Positions 25,842 through 36,034 of a DNA stretch of 64,000 nt are shown piece after piece; position 1 is the first letter of the stretch, and every line of letters begins with the position of its first letter. The notes beneath the pieces were generated by a model. The model was not told the origin of the DNA and searched no databases. It saw only the letters and a program-made list of their open reading frames with translations. Source of the stretch: Macrostomum hystrix (lineage: Eukaryota > Animalia > Platyhelminthes). A program made the position numbers and the translations under genes. Where the stretch lies: assembly GCA_950097015.1 (NCBI GenBank), contig CATNEN010000001.1, forward strand, positions 1,116,001 to 1,180,000. Reading direction: 5' to 3'.

Positions 25842-26516
25842 ATGCCGCCTTGTCAAAATCCGGTAATTGAAGAAGATATACCTCGAAAACATCAGAGCGT
25901 GGATCTAGAATCTTACGCTTCAAGTGAGGCCATCTTTGGTGGAAACACGAACGACTCCGAGAAGAGCAAGAACATTCTAGCAGCAATAAAATCCCTGTTT
26001 CAAAAAAATCCGGAACACAAGATTGAATTCAACTTGGAACTTTCGCACCAGCTCCATCGATTGATTTATCCAGCCGATGAAAACGCTGGAGTGATTCATG
26101 ACCCGAAGAAGCACGGAGAGTCGACCTCCCATGGTTGTCGAGCGCCTGGTCTTTCAGTGGCTCAAGTTGAAAGTGGACTAGTGTCGCTCTTCAGCGAGTG
26201 TACGCAGCTGATCGAAGAGAAGAGCCGTTTGAGCAGAGAGGACAAGTTCTATATCGCCGCCTACTTTATCCACCGCTACCTGGATTTGCATCCCTACAGA
26301 GACGGAAACGGTCGTGTGGCGCGTCCTCTGACCTCTTGGCTGCTCATCCGGCTGGGTGCGATCTCGTCGCCATTGTTCTTCGACAGGCCAAGCGACAGTC
26401 GACGTCGATACATTGATGGACTACACCAGACCCCAGTGACTGGGCCAGAATCTAAGGAGAAGCTCCAGATGCTTGTCGATCTGATGATGGAGGCCGATAT
26501 ACGCTGCAGGATCTAA
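25842..26516 (+). CDS. Intronless stand-alone Fic/Doc-domain protein (putative AMP transferase), 224 aa
   Basis: HPYRDGNGRVAR at 26289-26324 fits the HPFx(D/E)GN(G/K)RxxR signature. TATAAA at 25748. It lacks the TM segment and TPRs of metazoan FICD/HYPE. Confidence 0.9.
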   Translation: MPPCQNPVIEEDIPRKHQSVDLESYASSEAIFGGNTNDSEKSKNILAAIKSLFQKNPEHKIEFNLELSHQLHRLIYPADENAGVIHDPKKHGESTSHGCRAPGLSVAQVESGLVSLFSECTQLIEEKSRLSREDKFYIAAYFIHRYLDLHPYRDGNGRVARPLTSWLLIRLGAISSPLFFDRPSDSRRRYIDGLHQTPVTGPESKEKLQMLVDLMMEADIRCRI

Positions 26517-26640
26517 ATCCCTACAGAGTCGGAAACTGCCCCGTAGTCCGTCTTGTGACCTCAAGGCTGCTCCTCAGGCTAAGCGCAGATCCTGTCATCC
26601 CAAAGGAGAACCTCCAGTTGCTTGCTGATCTAATGATAGT
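26510..26640 (+). pseudogene. Frameshifted partial tandem duplication of the Fic catalytic region and C-terminal segment
   Basis: The -1 frame reads DLNPYRVGNCPVVRLVTSRLLLRLSA..PKENLQLLADLM vs DLHPYRDGNGRVARPLTSWLLIRLGA..KEKLQMLVDLM; DNA similarity is obvious (ATCCCTACAGAG.CGGAAAC). Confidence 0.8.
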
Positions 26641-26948
26641 GACAAATTGTTTCATGAACATGCTCTTATATACAAGCATGATCATTTACCATTTGAAATT
26701 ATTTTTTCATGTATGTAGTACTCTTTTATGACTATTCACGCTGTTGTCATTGTGTGATGGGAAATGCAAACAAAAATACACCCTCTATTCGAAATGCAGA
26801 TCGAATATTTCGTCTCCGAAATGTACTTTTTTAATGTAAACCAATCGACAGCAGATGCACCGACGGAAACCCCCTATGTAGTTTGCCTTGGGATTACTGC
26901 AGCTATTAAACATGCGACAGGCAGTCAGATTCATTTTTAAGTCGCTAT

Positions 26949-26983
26949 CACAGATAATATATAACAGTTATATATTATCTGTG
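26949..26983. mobile_element. 35-bp perfect palindromic micro-MITE with 8-bp target-site duplication
   Basis: GTCGCTAT-[CACAGATAATATATAAC A GTTATATATTATCTGTG]-GTCGCTAT. Confidence 0.8.
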
Positions 26984-27555
26984 GTCGCTATATTATTCCT
27001 GGCTTGTATTAGCATTTATTTTTCTACCTGAAAGCTCCACAATGCGTGACAAGCGAGTGGGGAGTAAGTTTTACGTTGGTCAGGGGCGTTCGCCGGCAAG
27101 GGATTGTTGAAGAAGTGCATCAGTTCCTGGCAGATTCATGACCATATGGAAGACTGATTTGAAGATTTAAAGCACCCTAATCCATTGAGTACGAGCTATG
27201 CGCTGACGACAGACCATCAAATGTTCCGTGCTCATGAAGTTCTGTGCTCTGTGCTCAGAACTTCTCACGAGGGACTGCAATGATAAGAAACAATGTTTTT
27301 ACAGAAAATAGACGGCGTCCACACGACGGCCATAGACAAAACATCTGCGGAACAAACTATATGCAAATCGTCATTTGCTATATCGAGCGCTGAAAGTCAC
27401 TATAATGATATCAGCACTCAAAAATAGTGCAGAAAAAACATTGCTAAGGGCGCATTTGTCTAAGGGTATTAAGCCCCCACTTCCTACCATAGACAAAAAT
27501 GTTTAGCTGCGCGCTGCGCGTCCTCGGTCACAGCCATTGATACCCTCAATAGCCG

Positions 27556-27699
27556 GTGTGTATTTTCATTGAGCAATGCTGGGATTCCCAGCGGTTCTGT
27601 TTGCACCATAGACATTCCACCGGGGGTTTAATCTCGTCCATTAAAACCCCGCGGTGTTTAATGGCGGGAATCCCAGCGTTGCTCAATGAAAATACACAC
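27556..27699. repeat. Foldback element with 34-bp inverted arms and an internal hairpin
   Basis: 27556-27589 GTGTGTATTTTCATTGAGCAATGCTGGGATTCCC matches the reverse complement of 27666-27699 at 33/34; inner GGGG.TTTAAT..ATTAAAACCCC stem. Confidence 0.8.
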
Positions 27700-28077
27700 T
27701 TAACGTTTGAAATAGAAGAATCCAAAGGGAATTCCCAGTGGGACATATACATAGACATAGTTTAACGATGTTCATTAAAACCCTTGCTCAGCGTTGTTCA
27801 ATGTCCTTAGAGGAATTCTTTTGTAATTGAAACAATCTTAACCACAAATCTTAGCATAGAGGATAACATTTTTAATTGGCTGCTATTTAGCTTGTGCACA
27901 TTGTATTGTGGCTTCTTCTTAAAAAAGCAATGAAGATCATTTGACGACAAAAAGTATGCACTGAAAGTAGTCACTTAACAAGGTTTTACGTTTATTCGTT
28001 ACTTTTTTAAATCCAGCAAAAGTATGAATAAAAATGACTGAAGCTCATTTATATTTCAGCGATGGTGAAATGAGAAT

Positions 28078-29389
28078 TCAGTGTTGACCTCGGCCACCAC
28101 TGCTATTGAAGAAGGCGGCGCCCAGACCAGCAAGAGCCCCGATAAGAGCCGCTGCGCCAAAGGCCAGCTTTGCTTGCCAGGGCATCGGGCCGAATATTGC
28201 ATTGTCGTTATCGAATTCTGAGTCGGCTCTGGCGCGCTCCATCATTCGTTCCACGCCATTCCAGCAGTTGTCCAGCAGTGGGTCGTAGCTGGAGCCGCAT
28301 GCTGCCAGCAGACGGCGAAGGGTTAGACGATACCGCGGCGTTACGAACGCCTCTGTGAGTCGCCAGCGAACGGAGCGGGACCTTCGATGGTCTTCAGTAG
28401 TTGGCGATAAATATAACAGTTGTTTTCGGTTGAGCTCAACAATGCGACTGCTGCCGACGCGGTGACTCGCAATGTACTCTGCGTCGTCCTCTTCTGGAGC
28501 GCCTGAACTGCGTTGGCAAGTTGGGTGCAAAAATAATTTGCTTGCTTTGGAGCTTAAAAATATATCAATGATCCATTCCTAGCTTACAAGTAGCATACTG
28601 CAATGCGCTTCTTAAGGTTGCGTAATGTTTGTTCAGTCCATGGACTGGGGTCCATCAATACCCTAATTTCTACCCCTACTGATGCAGGCACCCATTTTAC
28701 AGCTTAGTAAAAATTAAACACTAAAGAAATTGTGTTTTGCTTAAAGGCGAAAATTGATTCTCATTGGCTGAGAATCGAACTCCCGATCTCGCGGTCAGAA
28801 CTCTGAAGCTTCAATCATTGGGCTGCAAGTCCCCTTGGAGAAGAACAGCGAGAAAAAACCGGCATTGACTACTAAGATAAGTATAAAGGCGAGGATTTGA
28901 ATATAAAAATGTCTCACAAAAATCATTAAAATAACAGTTTCAACGAAAAGTCTGAGCAAGTTTCGCTTGTAAAAGATAAAGGTATTAAAAACAAGGGGTG
29001 AGTGGCGAAGACGAATTGAGATTTCAGACTCTCACACTGAGGTCCCTGAGCTCGAATATGCCACATGCTTCTTGTGTAAATTACATTAATGAGGACCAAC
29101 CTTACAAGGCCACAGTGACGATGAGAAAGTCAGTGCTAAGTGTACACAACTGTGTCAGTGTGTGCCTGCGTACGGTTTCTCTGTGAGAAATTGATGACGT
29201 TAATCCTCAGACTAGGGATAAATGAAGAAATACTTCACCCTTATCGATGAGGTACAACTGGCCGCTAACCACCGAGGCGATCACTCCCGTGTGGCCCAAG
29301 GCTCCGAAGCCGCTTCCATTGTGAATAAAACGAGCCGGACCTACGCGAGATACAACTTGATGAATATTTATCTCTCGATAGGCTTGCAT
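28078..29389 (-). CDS. Two-exon H-box/NC permuted NlpC/P60 protein (LRAT/PLAAT/PPPDE-like) with C-terminal TM helix, about 191 aa
   Basis: Exon 1 is 29389-29239 (MQAY..GALGHTGVIA..YLIDK, phase-1 donor G|GTGAAG). Exon 2 is 28502-28078 (acceptor TTCAG|GC) and contains SYDPLLDNCWN plus a hydrophobic tail LAFGAAALIGALAGLGAAFF. His precedes NC as in permuted papain-like enzymes. Splice model is inferred. Confidence 0.6.
28630..28835 (-). mobile_element. tRNA-derived SINE (family B)
   Basis: Minus strand has B-box GAGTTCGATTCTC, central AGCTGTAAAATGGGTGCC and a 3' palindrome CAGTCCATGGACTG. The 21-mer TGTTCAGTCCATGGACTGGGG also occurs at 21587-21607. Confidence 0.6.
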
Positions 29390-29983
29390 TTCACAGCTCA
29401 AGCAGAATTTTATAACGGCCCTCGAATATTAAGTTTGCATTTGTAACTAGCATAAAAACTTTAACAAAGTAGTACATTTTCAACGCTCTAAGATCTTCGT
29501 CTAATTGGCAATTGTAGGTCTATGGTAAGATGGTCAAAAATAGTACTTTTTGTCGCGACAATATTTCGATATACGAGTAATTTGATATTACCGGCGGCTC
29601 ATTTTCATCAAAGACCAGCAGAAGAAGAAGAACGGGACACTTAGTTTCTTGGAAAATTTATTAAAGGCAGATTTTTACGAAAAAATGCACTAGCGAGATA
29701 CGAACTTTTCATTCACGCTTTTCACATAAAAACTTTTGATAAACTTCCAAAAAGTTAAAAGGAAAATGTTCATTTTCTTTTAGTTCATTTATCATGAAGC
29801 ACGATAGCAACAAAGCAGACATAAAATTATACTACATCATTATGTCTGACAACATCTGACGTTGTCATTGAATGTGGATCTTTTAACAGGGCCGTTTTAA
29901 CTCGTGTTGGAATTTTGTCAGTTTAATATTCATTTACGTCAATTGTTGAAATGTTTAATAGGCTACTTCTGCCTGTCTGGCTT

Positions 29984-30090
29984 CCGCCACTCCGCTCCAC
30001 TTCCGCCGCTCCGCTCCACTTCCGCCGCTCCGCTCCACTTCCGCGCTCCGCTCCACTTTCGCCGCTCCGCTCCACTTTCGCCGCTCCACT
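29984..30090. repeat. GC-rich 19-bp minisatellite
   Basis: Unit CCGCTCCACTTCCGCCGCT, about 5 copies. Confidence 0.85.
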
Positions 30091-30654
30091 TATTAGCGTG
30101 TTGAGTTTTCCAGGGTCAGAGAGTTCTGTCCTGCTTACCGGCCGGCATTTCTTATCTGCCAGTGTCCTGAACCCATTGTACCACGCCTTCTAATCTCAGA
30201 AGTGCACTGCCATACGGTCACGCCACCCCTGGCATCTCACGCCACCACTGGCATCTCAGCCTCTTTATCATCACTTCATAGTTGTTGCCCGCCACAGTGC
30301 AAGAAGGGATTCAACCCTACGTGAAGACGCTGTTCTATTGTCGTCCACGCTAATAACGAGCGAGCCTGTCTATAATTCCTCTCTACGTCGCCATTAATAA
30401 TACTCATCATCGCCTACTACTACCGTAATTGTCTAAGTGCTACCGCTACACAAATCTTCGCCGTGTTTTGTCATAATTTATTTCGCCTGGGTCCACACCG
30501 ATATCGTCACAAACTGTAAAATTGAGTTAGTCACGAGATAGCTATTGACTGGCTATTTTGCTTCATGATAAATAAGCGAAAAAACAAAGCAGATCAATTA
30601 TTCAGGAATGAAGCTTTTAAAAACTCGTTGAAGCAACATGTTGTCCAAGCTATG

Positions 30655-31250
30655 TTCTATCTATCTATCTATTTTGCAGGGGGGCCCGGGGCACTTAATT
30701 GTCGCACAAGCGACGGAGCGGCACGCCACCAGACCGGCGAACTACGCGCTTTTGCGCCCATCGCGCCGCCTCCCCTGAGCAGGCACCACACACAGCAGCA
30801 CAGACCAGCCGGGGAGGGCAGGAGGCACCCAGAATAGGCAGCAGTGCCCCCCACCCCAGCCCCACACGCACATAGCAGACCAAGCCGGGGCGGAAGGCTG
30901 ATAAGAAATCAGTCCTCAGGGGGGGGCCGGGTGATGAGTGTACACTTATCCAATCGCGCTGACGGAAGTCCAGAAAGCGCGCGGCGGTGTACACCCGCCC
31001 TCCAGCCACCCCCGCAAGGTCTCACGCCCCAGCGCCAACGCACACAACTCACACAACGCAGAACAGGCACACAGAAGGTAGGAGAGAAGCTATTATTTCA
31101 AGCTTTGATTGCACGAAATATGGTGCACCTCCGCCGGTCGCTACTGTCCAAACCCCCCAACAAGTCCCGAAATTAATCTTGACTTGAAGGGTGAATCGAA
31201 CTAGCGTCCTTTGGAGTGCGAGGCAGCGACGTTAGCCGCTGACCCACTCG
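30655..31250 (-). mobile_element. Long tRNA-derived SINE-like element
   Basis: Minus-strand head GAGTGGGTCAGCGG..TAGTTCGATTCACCC (A/B-box-like) at 31250-31188 and an (ATAG)n tail at 30670-30656. Confidence 0.55.
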
Positions 31251-31981
31251 CCCCCGTCCAAGCTATGTTAAAAGAACAGCATTGGGTCTGCTTCCGATAG
31301 TTATCAACATTTTAATGGGAAAACGGAAAGGTTTTTATCTTGATGGTGCATTTTTCCGTAAAAATCTGTCTTTAATAAATTTTCCAAGAAACAAAGTGTC
31401 CCGTCCTTCTTCTTCTAGAGGACTATGAGGTCATGCATTATTACTCGTTAGTAGAAATTAGGGTAGCCCAGGTGTTGCAGCTGGTACACAGCCTTTAGAA
31501 GCGCTGTTAATTATTTATAATAGTTATTACTATATTAATAACTATAGTTTACTAAAGTTACTATAGTTAGCGTTTTAACTATAGTTTAATGCTACAAATA
31601 GGACAGACACGTTTTTGATAGTTTTTGATGATCCTAATTGACGTTACGGCATGTCGAGTTAAGGAAAAAATCGTTTATTTGTCGCCAAAACCTCTCGATT
31701 TCATGATCTGGATCTGAATTGTGTCAACGCACACTTCTAGCGCCTAAAAACACTTTAAGCTTTAGATAAATAAGTGGTCCTCTCTTACATTTCCCGAGTC
31801 CAACGCCTGGTTAATCGATAGTAAAGTGATACTTTTTGTAAGCATCGATTTTATCTTTCTTAGACAAAATTCACGCGATGCGTTGCTATGGATAAACTAT
31901 AGAAAATTATAATTGGTTTTAAAAATATATAAAAGAAACTAAAAAAGAAAGCTTCAATACCTTGTTAGCGAGAAATTGGAT

Positions 31982-32755
31982 ATGTTAAAAATGCTACCGA
32001 ATTTCCACTGCTGCATCATTCAGCTCCTCTTCGTGAGTTTTCTTAGTTTAGCGGGCAGCTCGAGCTACTTGCACTCTTTCTCTGAGATGGAAGTTCGGCT
32101 GTGCATCAATGAACGCTTCGTCGAGCCGGTGCCAATTGAGCATAGTCGAGTCGGCTGCGCCGCTGCCGGACTTTCAGATTCGAATTGCTTCAGGAAACAC
32201 TTGGCCCAGCTGTCAGCTGATTGTGTTCGACCGTTGCAGCAAATCCGTTCTGTCCGACTGCAACTGCAGCAGGCGCGGCTTCGTGTTCATGAAGCTGCAG
32301 CCCGGACTGCCTGCCGGCTCTCTCTGTCCGTCCGCCTACGCCGATGAACTCTGCGGAGTGAATTACCGCCTCATTACTGACAACAAAGACTACTGGTGGC
32401 CCAGTAGGCAGAAGTGCCTGACTGAGCCAGCTAGCGATCTTGTGATCATGGCCGACGGGACGGATAATGCTGAAATGCGTCACATTGACGGCATGTATGC
32501 GAAGTACAGCCTTACTCAGCCATTCTAGCTGGGCGCGGCTATCAGCCGAAGGGCAGCGCGGAGAACTACGGAGGCTGGATCTGGCTAGACTGCAACATCG
32601 CCATCAACAAGAGCCTGTGGGGAGGATACGATCCTAACAATTTCGGTGGCATAGATAATGTCGCCGGACGCTCGAACGATCATGAGGGTCTCGCCGACTT
32701 CTGGGAGTCTGTTCGGAAGTACAGTGTCCTGTGTAAAAGCGTGTCACCATTCTGA
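31982..32755 (+). pseudogene. Intronless secreted C-type lectin-domain gene, disrupted
   Basis: Signal peptide (CCIIQLLFVSFLSLAGSSS), Cys-rich N-domain, frameshift near 32190, CTLD start (CP..YRLIT..W..SRQKC..SDLV), in-frame TAG at 32526 in place of the W of FWLG, a second frameshift, then GWIWLD..LWGGYDPNNFGG..LADFW..VLC and TGA at 32755. Confidence 0.75.
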
Positions 32756-33913
32756 TTTTAAATCTACTGTACAAAAGGTGTTACGATGATAATTAACCCA
32801 ATCAATCGAAAATCACAAGTCACAAATCACTACTCGATTCTAAACGCTTCTATATAAACTTGTAACTCGCAAATCCGGCAGTCTTTACTATATTTTTTGT
32901 GCAGGGCTCGCACTCTACCACTGAGATCTTGAGCTATGAGCAATGCTTAATTTACCGATAAATGTATACGGCAGTAACAATCGGTGGCTGGCAATCAGTG
33001 TCTGAACGTACATAAATGGAAAGAGAGAAAATAGAAACTGGTACACGAACTGCGACTGTCAAACCAAAAACAGAATACTTGATCACATCAAAAAGTCCTT
33101 GTAGCCCAGCTGATTTGAAGTTTCGGAATTCTGACCACGAGGTTGGGAGTTTGAATCTCAGTCCAAGGCAGACCAATTGATTTGTTATTTGTCTGTTTGT
33201 AGATTAAAATTAAATTTGTTTAATGCTTTTAGTTTAATTATAGCTTCTAAATAATTTTTTTATGATCTGCACAGTGCAGTTGACAAATTAAACACGTGCT
33301 TCACTTTCACTCTATGGAAAAAGTAATGAAAAATACTCAAAGCTATCGAAGAGCATACTACTATAAGTAGCATATACTTATACTTATACTTATACTTCAC
33401 ACAAGTAGTTAATGTAGCACAGTACCCTAATGCAAATTTTTTTCTGTCGGGAGCACGCGCGTTTGCTGGTGTGTATCCTTTTTAACTGGCTCGAATTAAT
33501 TGTTTGCCAGCACCTTACGCACCTGTTTGATAACTAACAAATAAATATTCAGATGCTCGAAGATAGCTATGAAGACTCGTTCACACTGCTGACAAACGAA
33601 GCCGAAAAACACAATCGTGGATTCTTTTTTATGACCATTCATTTGACCATTAAGTAAATGAGCAACAAAACGACTGATTTGATGCCAATGTGAACGTGCC
33701 GTCAGCGTTGGAGCAATTTATCAAGGGAAGATGTGTCTTTCATTTTTAAGTAATTTTGGAATGTCCTTTTCTGTTTATTAACCGTACAATCTATTCAGCG
33801 AATGAAATAAAATACGTGATTCGTTATGGAGAAAGTTCTTGGAAAAATACCGACAATTTAAAACCACGTGCGCGCGCGTAAGGCTGCATGTGTACCTATA
33901 TATTAGTGGCAGA

Positions 33914-34590
33914 GCTTATTCCCACGGTCCCGTGCCGATAATTTCAATTTTATCCACACGGATCCGTGCCGATAATTATCTGCTTATCCACACGGCAGCT
34001 TGTATGAATAGGTCTAAAACTCTTTATATAAATATGCCGTGCCATTAATTTCAATTTTATCCACATGGTTCTGTTCTTTAAAACGAGGCCCTTTCGGGTT
34101 TGAACATTTTGTTGAACCCTCGAGCCAATAGATCGACAAAGTTGACAGTGTGTTACAACTTATGACAGTGTTCTACATTCGACCTACACATTCATTAACC
34201 GACATTAATGTCATCCTTTTTGATTATTGTAATAACAACTTACTAAATCTTTTGTCATCGTTACGTGTTTTCATTCAAATTGTATTGACTTAAAAAAGTA
34301 AGAAGTCTATCTAAGAAAATCATACGAGTCAACCAGCAGAATTCTAGTCAGCACAGCACCAAACTTGTCACACATATTATAAATCATTTTTATTCTTTTA
34401 CACTAGGCATTGATAGTGTACACTATACACTATACTCTGAAGCAAAAGCCTTATGCTCAGAGAAGAATAGGTATAGAGACTTGAAAGTAGACCTATTCAT
34501 ACAAGCTGCCGTGTGGATAAGCAGAAAATTATCGGCACGGATCCGTGTGGATAAAAGTGAAATTATCGGCACGGGACCGTGGGAATAAGC
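33914..34590. mobile_element. MITE / non-autonomous DNA transposon with about 103-bp terminal inverted repeats
   Basis: 33914-34016 (GCTTATTCCCACGGTCCCGTGCCGATAATT..GAATAGGTCTA) is a near-perfect reverse complement of 34488-34590; no internal ORF. Confidence 0.85.
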
Positions 34591-34974
34591 ACTTCCTATA
34601 TTTGTACTGGATTCGTGCTGTAGCTATATTGTAATGTGGTTTAGGAAACTGTGTTTTTATCTTTCCTTAAAATTTTACTGTTATTCTGTCAACAGTGTTA
34701 GTATTTTATGAAGTCTATCGTATTTCACTTTTTATAGGGCCTGTCTGTTGTCATATCAAGGCACTGCGAGCCAGCGCCCAGCCACTGAACATTCAGATAA
34801 CATAAACCAGTTCTGTTAGTCCTCAGAATTCCATCATAATTATTTAACTACACTATTGACACCGGAAATATGCAAAGTGTCCTATCCAGTACAGGTTATT
34901 GCCTTTGGAATGACATAGACATGTTTTCAGTCCCAGGCAGTGCTTTTAAGTCTAGGGTTAAAATTATTCCACTT

Positions 34975-35300
34975 AATAACAACAACAAAGTACGCTGTCA
35001 AGATCAAATTGCAGCGTCAGAAGGCATGCCTCAGGTCCTGGGGGCAAATGTGCGCCAGGCTGCCGGCAGTGTCTGTGGTCGTGGTGTGGGTGTCTGTTAG
35101 CAGGCAGTTGATGAAGCACCGGGTGCGTGCCTACCCTTGCCAGTAGGGTGCCTGCAGCATGAGCAGCAGCACCTCCTGTATAGGCTGTGGGCAATACGCT
35201 TTGGCGCGGATGAGGTGGCCCACCAGCTGAAGTCACCTGTGGCACAGCAACTTGCTTGGACAAGCTTGGACAGCAACTCACTTCCACTTAATAGAATAAT
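34975..35300 (-). mobile_element. Decayed 3' end of an RTE-like LINE
   Basis: A minus frame reads LQLVGHLIRAKAYCPQPIQEVLLL.LQAPY.QG*ARTR.F..CLLTD, similar to the RL..GHxxR C-terminus of RTE ORFs, with stops; it ends in a (TTG)n-like tail. Confidence 0.55.
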
Positions 35301-36034
35301 TGGAAATATTGTGTCTGACTATGTTGCATTATCTGAAGTCACTATTTTCTCATCATGGTGGAATTAAGGCAGGTGGAGCAAGCCACTACTGAATGGCCAA
35401 GGTTAATGTAGCCTATTCTATATTGTGTTGTCATATTCTATAGTTTGGTGTATTCCAATTGGGTTTGGCAGTAGCCCATACTTGACCAGATGCATGGTTG
35501 TCCTGGGTGCTTGTTGCTAGATATTGGTATATTGCCCTAACTAACCTGTCATTAGTTAATTGCTGGGCTGGAGTATGCAAAATACTTATTTAGCTAGTGG
35601 TAGGCCTAGGAATTATCAGAATGGGCAAATAGCTGAAAATGGCATTGAGGCCTTTGAAGCTTCTTTAGTGACAAGTCCTATAAACTTAGTTCCAGTTTTA
35701 CTAGGTTCATCATAAATCTCTGTCTATAGGCATAGCCATAGGGTTTTTATGGATACAGATTTAAAGACATTTATATATAATATAATCCTCCATCTAGATA
35801 CAACTATTTTCTTTGTAATGGCTTCCCCATCACAGGATGAACACACTTAGTGGGACATATAAAGGAATTGAAAACTTGGAAGCCTAATTTTCAGTTTTTC
35901 ATGTTTATTTAGGGAGAATAGTTAGGCATAGGGCTACAAATAAATAGGATTACATTTCAATAGATATAGAGATGTGGGGACCTATAGAGTATCATACATG
36001 TGCAATACCTGGCCCATAGTCCGGATGGTGTAAT

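Noticed and set aside
27727-27736. Perfect kappaB-like site GGGAATTCCC
   Set aside because: It lies beside a foldback repeat with related GGGAATCCC arms, in the 3' intergenic region of two convergent genes, not in a promoter.
28790-28835. tRNA-like sequences here and at 31190-31250, 40541-40595, 49265-49315 and 61275-61300
   Set aside because: A B-box is present but no complete cloverleaf; interpreted as SINE heads rather than tRNA genes.
33950-34555. Several TTATCCACA (DnaA-box) motifs in both orientations
   Set aside because: They are sub-repeats within the TIRs of a MITE in an animal genome, not a bacterial origin.
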